64,000 nt of DNA from Woeseiaceae bacterium. GTDB lineage: Bacteria; Pseudomonadota; Gammaproteobacteria; Steroidobacterales; Woeseiaceae. Location: the NCBI GenBank assembly GCA_028289545.1, contig JANQPG010000048.1, positions 200 to 64,199 of the forward strand, in the 5' to 3' direction. Below are positions 38,935 to 47,958 of this stretch, in pieces. The number at the start of each line of letters is the position of its first letter. Position 1 is the stretch's first letter. Made by a program: the position numbers and the translations under genes. The notes beneath the pieces are model-generated. The model did no database searches. It saw nothing but the letters and a program-made list of their open reading frames with translations, and had not been told where the DNA came from.

Positions 38935-39420
38935 CTATTCGGGCAAGCTTATGTAATGTCCGCGGTAGTAAACCAGCGGTTTTGTGTCCCGGCCCAGCTC
39001 GAATTCGACCACTTCACCGAGCAGGACATGGTGGTCGCCACCGTCGTGCACCACACAGGTGCGGCAATGCAGATAGGCCAGGCAATCTGGCAGCACGGGC
39101 TGGCCTTCGATGACTTGCGACTCCCGGAGGTTTTCTATCTGATCAAAATCCGGGCGTTCGGATTGCGCAAAGTGCACCGATAGCGCCTGCTGGTCTTCCG
39201 CGAGGATATTGACGACAAACGCACTGGCATCGAGGAACGCCGCGGTCGACCGGGAGTCCCTCGCGATGCTCCAGAGCACCAGCGGAGGGTCCAGCGATAC
39301 CGAGCTGAAGCTGTTGACCGTAATGCCGTTCGGCGCTCTGCCCGGCGGTTTACAGGTCATGACGGTGACGCCCGTGGCAAAGCGACCCAGGCAGTCGCGG
39401 AGTTGCCGATGTTCCCTCAA
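38935..39420 (-). CDS. flavin reductase-like FMN-binding protein
   Basis: FATGVTVMTC and NSFSSVSLDPPLVLWS motifs. 161 aa. Confidence 0.87.
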   Translation of the reverse strand: MREHRQLRDCLGRFATGVTVMTCKPPGRAPNGITVNSFSSVSLDPPLVLWSIARDSRSTAAFLDASAFVVNILAEDQQALSVHFAQSERPDFDQIENLRESQVIEGQPVLPDCLAYLHCRTCVVHDGGDHHVLLGEVVEFELGRDTKPLVYYRGHYISLPE

Positions 39421-39548
39421 AGCGCCGTCCTTCTTGTCTTTCTTAAGATCCCAAGCCGGCGGGCAGCATACTCACCCGGCCGGTTGCATGCAAAACCCGG
39501 ACCCGTACCGATTGTCCGCCGGCGCCCCGCACGTCCAAAACCGCGAAA

Positions 39549-39572
39549 GCGGACTTCAGTCCGCCGCATTTT
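39549..39572 (+). terminator. terminator-like hairpin inside the 387-nt leader
   Basis: GCGGACT-TC-AGTCCGC followed by CGCATTTT. It shares GCGG with an upstream CCGC-GAAA-GCGG hairpin at 39541-39552. Confidence 0.3.
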
Positions 39573-39807
39573 GGCCGATAACACCAGTGGGCCTCCGCGA
39601 GCACCCACTTTTGGGCGGAGCTGACCGCTCGAAGTCTGTCAGCGGCGAGCGCGCAGACGCTCGGAACAAGCAGCACGACCGGATTATTATGCGAACACGC
39701 ACCACCAGCACCGCGATCGCCATCGCCTTCTCCGCGAGTGGGCACTCGATGCCCCGCAGGGCGAGCGGCCGGGCTGGATTCCGGGCATTGCCTGCCGGGG
39801 AGGACAC

Positions 39808-41976
39808 GTGAGCGTGCCGCCGGGAGACATACAAAGCAGTCGTCCGGTTGTGCTGATCGCCGAGGACGATCCGTCGCAGCGCATGCTGGCGCGCGTGGCG
39901 CTGGAGCAGGCCGGATTCACCGTGCTCGAGGCGGACAACGGCCACGACGCCCTCGACAAAGCCGACCGGCAAGCGCCGGATATTGTGCTGCTCGACGTCG
40001 AAATGCCCGAGTTGGACGGATTTGCCATTTGTTCGCGCATCCGCAAGCTCAAACACATTGCGGACACGCCCGTCATCATGCTCACTGGGCGCGAAGACGA
40101 CGAGTCGATACGCAACGCCTACGATTCCGGGGCGACCGACTTTATCTCGAAGCCCGTCAACTGGAGCCTGCTCGGACATCGAGTCCGCTATATCAGCCGC
40201 GCCACCCGCATCGGCCGGGGTTTGAGAGAAAGCGAGAAGAAGAACCGCGCGTTCATCAAGGCGATTCCCGATTCGATGCTGATCGTGGACAAGGCAGGTC
40301 GGGTGCTGACGCATCACCGCGGCAAGGACGGCAGTCGGCTGCTGGACGAGTGCGCGAGCGACGGCCGATCCGTCATGGAGACGCTGCCGCCGACCATTGC
40401 GGAATCGTGGCGGAAGCAGATTGCCGGCGTGCTGAACAGCGGGGAAATGTCACAAAGCGAGGATCACATCGAAGCCAACGGCGCCCACTGTTTCTACGAA
40501 ACGCGCATGGTGCCCTACACGGCGGACAGCGTGCTCGTCATCCAGCGTGACGTATCGGAAAAGAAACGAGCGGACGCCAAGGTCCGCCGGCTGGCCTTCT
40601 TCGACACGCTGACCGGCCTGCCCAATCGACAGTCGTTCCTGATCCAGGTGTCCGAGGCGCTGCGTGAAGCGAAAGCCAGCAACAGCAGGCTGAGCATCCT
40701 GTACTTCGATCTCGATAATTTCAAACGCATCAACGATTCGCTGGGTCACAGCACGGGAGACGCACTGCTGCGCGGCGTGGCCCGGCGTCTGGAGCAGTGT
40801 GTCCGCCGCGCCGACGCGGTCGCGCGCTTTGCCAGTACCGACACCAGCGTACAGGTTGCACGACTGGGCGGCGACGAGTTTACGGTGCTGCTGCGCGATG
40901 TGCAGTCGGTAGAGGAGGCGAGCGGCGTCGCCGAGCGAATACTGTCGGCGCTCAGCCAGCCGATGCACTATCACGGTCAGCAATTCGTGATCACGCCGAG
41001 CGCGGGGATTGCGTCCTATCCGGACGATGGTGATGACGTCGACACGCTCGTCAAGAACGCCGACATGGCGATGTACAGCGCAAAAGCGCAAGGTCGCAAC
41101 TGCGTCAGCCAGTTTTCCGGCACGATGTCCGTGCGTTCGCTTGAGCGCCTCGATCTCGAGGACGCGCTGCGCAAGGCGATCGCCGCCGGCGATCTCGAAC
41201 TGCACTATCAACCCAAGCTGAGCCTGCAGAGCCGCGAAGTCACCGGCGTCGAGGCTTTAGTGCGCTGGACCCACCCGGAGCGAGGTCCCGTGTCGCCCGC
41301 CAAATTTATCCCGATTGCAGAGGATGCCGGCCTGATCCTCGACCTGAGCCGCTGGGTGCTCGAGGCGGCGTGCCGGCAGCTCGAACGCTGGTCGGGCGGC
41401 GATCTCGACGACGTTCGCGTCGCGATCAACCTGTCCGGAAAACAATTCCGCGAGTCCGACGTCGACGACCAGATTATTGCCGCCGTCGACGCCCATGGTT
41501 TCGAGAAAAGTCGGCTGGAGCTCGAGCTTACGGAAGGGACTCTCATGAACGACGTCGAGAACACCGTCCGGACGCTGACCCGACTCAAGGAGGCTGGCCT
41601 GAAGATTGCCGTGGACGATTTCGGCACCGGCTATTCCAGCCTCAGCTATCTCAAGAAGTTTCCGATCGATGCGCTCAAGATCGATCGTTCGTTCGTGTCC
41701 GAAATTGATGCCGGCGGCAACGACCGCTCGATCTGTGCGGCGATTATTGCGCTCGCCCAGAGTATGGGCCTCAAGGTCATTGCCGAAGGCGTGGAAACGG
41801 CCGAGCAGCTTCAGCACTTGAGGTTTCTCGGCTGTGACGAAATACAGGGTTTCTACTTCGCCAAACCCATGCCGGGCGAGGAGACCGCCGCGTTCCTGCG
41901 TCGCTATCTCCGTAAACGTCAGCGACGGCTGTCGCTCGCCGACGACACGCCGCCGGTACAGGCTATCGAGGGGTAA
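39808..41976 (+). CDS. response regulator with PAS, GGDEF and EAL domains
   Basis: REC VVLIAEDDPSQ...LLDVEMPELDG. RLGGDEFTVLL (intact GGDEF). EALVRW and DDFGTGYSSLSYL (EAL). GTG start. Confidence 0.93.
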   Translation: MSVPPGDIQSSRPVVLIAEDDPSQRMLARVALEQAGFTVLEADNGHDALDKADRQAPDIVLLDVEMPELDGFAICSRIRKLKHIADTPVIMLTGREDDESIRNAYDSGATDFISKPVNWSLLGHRVRYISRATRIGRGLRESEKKNRAFIKAIPDSMLIVDKAGRVLTHHRGKDGSRLLDECASDGRSVMETLPPTIAESWRKQIAGVLNSGEMSQSEDHIEANGAHCFYETRMVPYTADSVLVIQRDVSEKKRADAKVRRLAFFDTLTGLPNRQSFLIQVSEALREAKASNSRLSILYFDLDNFKRINDSLGHSTGDALLRGVARRLEQCVRRADAVARFASTDTSVQVARLGGDEFTVLLRDVQSVEEASGVAERILSALSQPMHYHGQQFVITPSAGIASYPDDGDDVDTLVKNADMAMYSAKAQGRNCVSQFSGTMSVRSLERLDLEDALRKAIAAGDLELHYQPKLSLQSREVTGVEALVRWTHPERGPVSPAKFIPIAEDAGLILDLSRWVLEAACRQLERWSGGDLDDVRVAINLSGKQFRESDVDDQIIAAVDAHGFEKSRLELELTEGTLMNDVENTVRTLTRLKEAGLKIAVDDFGTGYSSLSYLKKFPIDALKIDRSFVSEIDAGGNDRSICAAIIALAQSMGLKVIAEGVETAEQLQHLRFLGCDEIQGFYFAKPMPGEETAAFLRRYLRKRQRRLSLADDTPPVQAIEG

Positions 41977-41981
41977 CACGC

Positions 41982-42347
41982 ATGAACACACCCGTTATCG
42001 ACCCGGTTCCGCTGGACGCGATCAGGAACCTCGAGCAACCCGGGCACGAGAATCTGCTGAATACCATTATCGGCATGTTTCTCGAGCAGTCGGTGAACGA
42101 GCTCGCAGGGTTGCGCGAGGCTTTACAGAGCGGCTCGGCGGACGCGATTCGCGAGGCCGCGCATTCGCTCAAGTCGAGCAGCGCCAACGTGGGCGCCATG
42201 CGCGTGTCGGCGCTGAGCTACGATCTCGAGCAGGCCGGCAAGGACAGAGCGCTCGACCTTTGCGGAATGCTCATTGACAGGCTGGCCCTCGCAATCGACG
42301 AGGCGAACGCCCGGCTTTCGGATATCGCGGGCGCCGCGGCAGCCTGA
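41982..42347 (+). CDS. stand-alone Hpt phosphotransfer protein
   Basis: EAAHSLKSSSANVGA HPt signature. Starts 5 nt after the upstream stop. Confidence 0.85.
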   Translation: MNTPVIDPVPLDAIRNLEQPGHENLLNTIIGMFLEQSVNELAGLREALQSGSADAIREAAHSLKSSSANVGAMRVSALSYDLEQAGKDRALDLCGMLIDRLALAIDEANARLSDIAGAAAA

Positions 42348-42414
42348 GCGGGTAGTTCCCGGCACCGCCAGGCCGCGGGCTCGAGCGGGCCGCGGCCTGC
42401 GGAGACAGGTTCTT

Positions 42415-43305
42415 CTAGGTTTTCGAGGCGTCGAAGATGCTCTGAATCGACGCGTCGAGCGTGGCGTTGAACTCGTCGTCGCTCTGCTGCGCCGAGAGGC
42501 CTTCCGCCAGCGCCCTCGAAAAACTCGCAACCATGTCGTGATTGCGGCCCAGCCGGGCGTTCGCTTCCTCACGAGAGTAGCCGCCCGACAACGCCACGAC
42601 ACGCACAATATTGTCGTGGTTAATGCAATCGGCGTACAGGTTGTCCTGCTCCGGCAAGGTCAGCTTGAGCATTACCAGCTCGTCGCTGCCCAGTGCGTTG
42701 AGCTGATCCATGATTGCGGCGTGCAGCAGGTCTTCGGCTCCTGCCTTGTCGGGGCAATGGATGTCCACCTCGGGCTCGATGATCGGCACCAGACCTTTGG
42801 CGACAATCTGCCGGCCAATGTCGAACTGCTGCGCGACCACGGCGTTGATGCCGTCGGCATTCGCCTGTTTGATGACCGAGCGCATTTTTGTGCCGAATAC
42901 GCCGGCCGCCTTGGCCTTGTCGAGTAGTGCGTCCAGCCCGGGCATGGGGTTCATGACCTGGGCGCCGTCCTGCTCTGGCGCCAGTCCCTTGTCGACCTTG
43001 AGGAACGGCACGACGTTTTTGACGTTCCAGAGATATCCGGCCGTCGGCTGACCCTCGACTTCGCGATCCATCGTGTTTTCGAACAGGATTGCTCCGAGGA
43101 TGCGTTCCCCGGTGAACGCCGGGCTGGTCATGATGCGCGTGCGCATTGCGTGCACCAGCGCAAACATCTCCTCGTCGTTGCTCCATGCGTCCTCGCCGAT
43201 ACCGTACAGACCGAGCGCCTTCGGTGTGCTGCCGCCGCTCTGGTCGAGCGCAGCAATGAAACCCGGTTGATTTCGGACCTTATCCAGTTGTTTGTCGAAG
43301 CTCAC
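42415..43305 (-). CDS. fda: class I fructose-bisphosphate aldolase (Staphylococcus Fda type)
   Basis: [73 protein letters not shown] 43305 gives ~296 aa. Confidence 0.9.
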   Translation of the reverse strand: MSFDKQLDKVRNQPGFIAALDQSGGSTPKALGLYGIGEDAWSNDEEMFALVHAMRTRIMTSPAFTGERILGAILFENTMDREVEGQPTAGYLWNVKNVVPFLKVDKGLAPEQDGAQVMNPMPGLDALLDKAKAAGVFGTKMRSVIKQANADGINAVVAQQFDIGRQIVAKGLVPIIEPEVDIHCPDKAGAEDLLHAAIMDQLNALGSDELVMLKLTLPEQDNLYADCINHDNIVRVVALSGGYSREEANARLGRNHDMVASFSRALAEGLSAQQSDDEFNATLDASIQSIFDASKT

Positions 43306-43435
43306 GATGGCTCCCGAATGGTGAAATAGACGCGCGGATTGTACACCGATGCAGAACCGGGTTCCGCACGTCTGTAACATGCCGGCAATCCGGCCGGGTC
43401 ATGATTTTCGCTGCTGTCCCAAGGTCATCCGCCGT

Positions 43436-44314
43436 ATGGTGCCGTCAAAACCGCTCGCAAAGCTCAGCCTCGCCGAGCGCCTGAACTTCCTGGTGACCAA
43501 TCGTTTGCCGCGCCGCTGGCTTACGCTGTTCGTCGGGCGCTTCTCAAAGCTCGAAAATCCTCTGATTGCGCGGCTGTCCATTGCGCTGTGGCAGCTGTTC
43601 GTGGACGACCTGCGTCTGTACGAGGCGAAGAAAAGCCGCTTCACGAGCCTGCACGACTGTTTCGTTCGCGAGCTGAAGGACGGCGCGCGGCCGCTTGCCG
43701 CAGACCCCGACCTTCTTGTGAGTCCCTGCGATGCCGTCGTCGGCGAATTCGGTGCACTGGACGGCCTCGAGCTCCTTCAGGCCAAAGGCTTCCCGTACGA
43801 ACTGTCCGAACTGCTGGGTTCCGTCGAGGACGCCAATGCCTTTCGCGACGCGCAATTCCTGACTCTGCGTCTCAAATCGAGCATGTACCACCGCTTCCAT
43901 GCACCCTGCGACGCTCGGCTGACGCACCTGCGCTACATCAGCGGCGACACCTGGAACGTCAACCCGGTGGCGCTCAAAGCCATCGAGCGGCTGTTCTGCC
44001 GCAATGAACGCGTTGTGCTGCCGCTCGAGCGGGCTGACGGTGATCGTGTTGTACTCGTTGCCGTTGCGGCGATCCTCGTCGCCAGCCTGCGACTGCACGG
44101 TCTGCCGGAGCCGCTGAACCTCGAATACCGGGGGGCGAACGAGCTGGGGCTGACGCGGCGCTACGCCAAAGGCGACGAGATCGGCTACTTCGAGCACGGC
44201 TCGACCATCGTGCTGCTCGCGCCACGCTCGCTCGAATTCGTGGAGTCGCTGGCCAGCGGCCGGATCGTACGTATGGGAGAGCCCCTCATGAAAGCCCGGG
44301 CTCCGCAGCCATAA
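43436..44314 (+). CDS. psd: phosphatidylserine decarboxylase family proenzyme
   Basis: YFEHGSTIVLL contains the G-S self-cleavage site. ATG 43436 chosen. Confidence 0.87.
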   Translation: MVPSKPLAKLSLAERLNFLVTNRLPRRWLTLFVGRFSKLENPLIARLSIALWQLFVDDLRLYEAKKSRFTSLHDCFVRELKDGARPLAADPDLLVSPCDAVVGEFGALDGLELLQAKGFPYELSELLGSVEDANAFRDAQFLTLRLKSSMYHRFHAPCDARLTHLRYISGDTWNVNPVALKAIERLFCRNERVVLPLERADGDRVVLVAVAAILVASLRLHGLPEPLNLEYRGANELGLTRRYAKGDEIGYFEHGSTIVLLAPRSLEFVESLASGRIVRMGEPLMKARAPQP

Positions 44315-44394
44315 CACAGCCGACACATAAGCGTAGCTTGGCGGTCATACCGCGAACCTAGCCTTGCTCCGTCCAATAACGCGGTGAATCGACC

Positions 44395-45072
44395 ATGAAG
44401 GCACCTCTCCCTGTGGACGGGCGGAAACTGAGTTTTCGAGAAGAACTGCACAAGCAGCGGTGGGACGATCACCGCTATTACCACCACAGCCGCATCAACC
44501 AGTCGCTGCACCTGCTGAGCGCATGCTGTTTTCTCACTGCCTATGCGCTGCTGGTCGTGAACCCGGGCGTCGCCGCTTTGCTGGGCTGGCTCCTGGCCAT
44601 GACCTCCCGGCAGATAGGGCACTTCTTCTTCGAGCCGAAGACCTATGACGAGGTCAACTCGGCGACCCACGAGCACAAGGAGGAGATCAAGGTCGGCTAC
44701 AACCTGTTTCGCAAACGCGTGCTGCAGTCGGCCTGGGCCCTGACGCCTTTTGTGCTATGGATCAACCCGACTTTCTTTGGCGTCTTCACCGCACACACCG
44801 GCTGGGACACGTTCCTCTACAACCTGTCGCTCATGTGGATATGGCTCGCCGTCATCGCGCTGGTCCTGCGGACGGTGCATCTGTTCTTCATCTACAACGT
44901 GCAGACCGGCCTCGTCTGGGCAACCAAGATCCTCACGGACCCGTTTCACGACTTCAAGATCTACTTCAAGTCGCCGCTGTATCTCATGCGCGGCGAGCTG
45001 ATCGACCCGATGTACGACGTCCAGAACGGCCTGATCGCTGACGAGGACGACGACGAACCGGCAATGGCCTGA
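44395..45072 (+). CDS. integral membrane protein, Mpo1/DUF962-like (tentative)
   Basis: 4-5 TM helices. QIGHFFFEPK resembles the GH.fE...P motif of Mpo1-like proteins. Confidence 0.5.
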   Translation: MKAPLPVDGRKLSFREELHKQRWDDHRYYHHSRINQSLHLLSACCFLTAYALLVVNPGVAALLGWLLAMTSRQIGHFFFEPKTYDEVNSATHEHKEEIKVGYNLFRKRVLQSAWALTPFVLWINPTFFGVFTAHTGWDTFLYNLSLMWIWLAVIALVLRTVHLFFIYNVQTGLVWATKILTDPFHDFKIYFKSPLYLMRGELIDPMYDVQNGLIADEDDDEPAMA

Positions 45073-45156
45073 GCCCGCGCGAACGGGTGTCTCAAGCCCG
45101 CTTCGCTTGATTGTTCCCAAGCCGAGGCGCTCGCCCGGCCGAAGCGCTGCGCTCTC

Positions 45157-46857
45157 TTAGGCCTCGCCGCGCGCCTCCGGGACCGGCGACAGCGGCGCGG
45201 TCCCCGCGGAAGGGCGGCGGCCGAAACGAACGGCAAGCATTTCCCTGAGCACCTGGCGGCGGATGCCGCGATTGCTCAAACTCGGATTGCCGCTCCACCA
45301 ACCGTCTGCCCGCATGCGCTCGGCCGCATCGACGATGCGCTGCCTGACGGCGACAACGTCTTCGTCACTGTAGTTGTGGCTGAATATGAATCGGCCGGTG
45401 CCGACCCAGCTCAACGCCAGCCCTTCGGCGCGCAGGTAGTACTGCAGCATCCAGTTGTAGCGGGCGGGCTCGGTGTAGGTCAGCGTCCATACCGAACTCA
45501 TGTTATGTGCTCGCACGGGCAGCCCGGCAGCGGACAACGCGCCGTTCAGGTCGGCGCGCCGTGCGTTCCAGAGAGCATCTTCGGCATCCGCGGACCCGAT
45601 TTCCCGCATGGCGTACTCGAGAAAGCCGTTCATTGCGGTCATGACGTACGGGTGCGAGTTGAAGGTGCCGCGAGCAAAGCAGATGTCGGTAGGCCGGTCG
45701 TCGCGATACCGGCGCATGAGTTCGCGGCGGCCGGTCAGAGCGCCGACAGGCAGCCCGCCGCCGAGCGTCTTGCCGTAGGTCACCATGTCGGCGGCGACGT
45801 CGAAGTAGGCTTGTGCTCCGCCCAGGCCGAGCCTGAAACCGACAAACACTTCATCGAATATGAGCACAATGCCGCGCTTCGTGCAGACCGCGCGAAGTTT
45901 TTTTAGCCAGTCGGCGTAAGCGCGTTTGTCGAAGTCGGCGCCGCGGTCGGAGGCAATCAACATGGCGTCGCTGCTAGCGCCGGCGTTCGGGTGCAGCGCC
46001 TGCAGCGGATTGACCAGCACACAGGCAATGTCGCGACGGCTGTCGAGGACTCTGAGCGTTCGTTCGCTCATGTCGGCGAGCGTGTAGATATCGCCGACCG
46101 AGCGCTGGTTGCCGACGCCGGGCTGCACGCCGTCCCACCAACCGTGGTAAGCACCGCAGAACAGCACCGCCTGCGAGCGGCGCGTGTGGTAGCGGGCGAG
46201 CCGCACGGCTTGCATGACGGCTTCGGTGCCCGACATATGGAAAGAGACTTCATCGAGCCCGGAGATGGCTTTGAGTCGCCGCACGTTGTCGGCAACGACG
46301 GGATGATAGGGGCCAAGCACTGGACCCAGCGTGTCCGCAGCGGTTACGGCGGAGGCAATGTTGCGTTTGTAGAAATCGTAGCCGAGCAGGTTGACGCCGT
46401 AGGATCCCGACAAGTCGTAAGACCAGTTGCCGTCAAGGTCTTTGATCCGGACGCCGCTGGTCTCCGAGGCAAAAGCCGCAGATCCGAGATGGCGGGTCGC
46501 GTACTCCCGGTACTGAAAGGGGACGCGGTAAGCGCCTGTAAACTGAAGGTCGGACACTCCGTCCGCCGCCTGTGCCGTCGTCTCGATGGATTTTGCGGCC
46601 TTGGCGGCCAGGCGCTCGGCCAGCTCACGGAAGCCTCGCCTGCGTTTCTCTACGACCGCGTCGTCCGCTCCGTCGCTGGCGAAGAACTGCTGTTCGTCAT
46701 AGCTGTAATAGGGCACCAGCCTTGCGAGCCTCCGTGAAATGCGGCTGTGGCCACGCAGCGAACGGTGTTTGGCGCGCGAAAGCTGAAGCCTCAAATACGC
46801 TTTGTACAAAAGCCAGGCTGCGAGCGGCGCGGCGGCGGCGATGAGTAGCAGGTTCAT
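45157..46857 (-). CDS. membrane-anchored class III (GSA-aminomutase-like) aminotransferase
   Basis: N-terminal TM LLLIAAAAPLAAWLLY. PLP-lysine segment TYGKTLGGGLPVGA. About 566 aa. Confidence 0.85.
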   Translation of the reverse strand: MNLLLIAAAAPLAAWLLYKAYLRLQLSRAKHRSLRGHSRISRRLARLVPYYSYDEQQFFASDGADDAVVEKRRRGFRELAERLAAKAAKSIETTAQAADGVSDLQFTGAYRVPFQYREYATRHLGSAAFASETSGVRIKDLDGNWSYDLSGSYGVNLLGYDFYKRNIASAVTAADTLGPVLGPYHPVVADNVRRLKAISGLDEVSFHMSGTEAVMQAVRLARYHTRRSQAVLFCGAYHGWWDGVQPGVGNQRSVGDIYTLADMSERTLRVLDSRRDIACVLVNPLQALHPNAGASSDAMLIASDRGADFDKRAYADWLKKLRAVCTKRGIVLIFDEVFVGFRLGLGGAQAYFDVAADMVTYGKTLGGGLPVGALTGRRELMRRYRDDRPTDICFARGTFNSHPYVMTAMNGFLEYAMREIGSADAEDALWNARRADLNGALSAAGLPVRAHNMSSVWTLTYTEPARYNWMLQYYLRAEGLALSWVGTGRFIFSHNYSDEDVVAVRQRIVDAAERMRADGWWSGNPSLSNRGIRRQVLREMLAVRFGRRPSAGTAPLSPVPEARGEA

Positions 46858-47035
46858 GCGTACAAGCCGGGGGGTGACAGTAGCGAGGCAGCGTGGCAAA
46901 ACTATGTTACTGGGATGTGACGCGGCGGCGTGTGACTGCCCGCGATGCTTAGTAAACAATTGTAACTATGCAAGTTTGTCCTGTTTTAACGGCAGCGCGA
47001 TTTGTTACCGTCGCAGGGTTAATCGGGAGATCGAC

Positions 47036-47956
47036 GTGAAAGTTGCACTATTTGGCGGCACCGGATTTGTCGGCGGCTATCTGGTCGACGCCCTGCTCGA
47101 CGCCGGGCATCAGCCCGTCGTGCTCGTACGTCCCGGCAGCAAGGCGAAGCTCCGGCGTGCAGCGGAGGTCCAGGTGGTGGAGGGTGAAATAGCGTCCGCC
47201 GAGGCTGTCGAACAGGTGGTGGGCGGCGTTGACGCCGTCATCTACAACATCGGGATTCTTCGCGAGTATCCGCGCCAGGGCATTACCTTCGAAGGTCTGC
47301 AGTACGAAGGCGCGGTCAACGTCATCGAGGCGGCACGCCGCGCCGGCGTGTCGCGCCTGCTGCTAATGAGCGCCAACGGTGTTCGTGTGCCCGGCACCCC
47401 CTATCAGGAAACCAAGTTCCGGGCGGAAGAGTTTGCCCGGCGAAGCGGCATGGACGTCACTGTGTTCCGGCCTTCGGTGATCTTCGGCGATCCGCGCGGA
47501 AGCTATGAGTTCGCGACCCAGCTGCATCGCGAAATGGTAACGCCACCGCTGCCCGGGATCGGGTTTCACAACGGCTGGAGCGCGGGTAAGGGGCAAATCC
47601 ACATGTCGCCCGTGCACGTCGAAGATGTGGCAAGCGCGTTCGTCAAGGCGCTGGATGATTCGTCGACGATCGGCAAGACCTACACGCTGGGTGGGCCGGA
47701 GTCGCTGAGCTGGACGGAAATGCTGCGCCGCGTTGCCGCGGCCACCGGCCGCAACAAGACGATACTGCCGATGCCGATCAAGCTCATGCGGATCGGCGCC
47801 ACGGCACTCGACTGGCTGCCGTTCTTCCCGGTCACGCGCGACCAGCTCACAATGCTGTCCGAAGGCAACCAGGTCGAAACCCGTGATCTCGAAACGCTGA
47901 CCCGGCGCGAACCCGCTGAATTCAGCAGCGAGACGCTGTCGTACCTGAAGCACTGA
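47036..47956 (+). CDS. NAD(P)H-binding NDUFA9/NmrA-like protein
   Basis: GTG 47036. VALFGGTGFVGGYL Rossmann motif. Confidence 0.85.
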   Translation: MKVALFGGTGFVGGYLVDALLDAGHQPVVLVRPGSKAKLRRAAEVQVVEGEIASAEAVEQVVGGVDAVIYNIGILREYPRQGITFEGLQYEGAVNVIEAARRAGVSRLLLMSANGVRVPGTPYQETKFRAEEFARRSGMDVTVFRPSVIFGDPRGSYEFATQLHREMVTPPLPGIGFHNGWSAGKGQIHMSPVHVEDVASAFVKALDDSSTIGKTYTLGGPESLSWTEMLRRVAAATGRNKTILPMPIKLMRIGATALDWLPFFPVTRDQLTMLSEGNQVETRDLETLTRREPAEFSSETLSYLKH

Positions 47957-47958
47957 CA

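Noticed and set aside
39461-39575. Calling the leader hairpins a c-di-GMP-I (GEMM) riboswitch
   Set aside because: Only a loose match to the first GAAA-tetraloop hairpin. The ACGCAAAGCC-type junction and the receptor hairpin were not found. I keep it only as a structured-leader observation.
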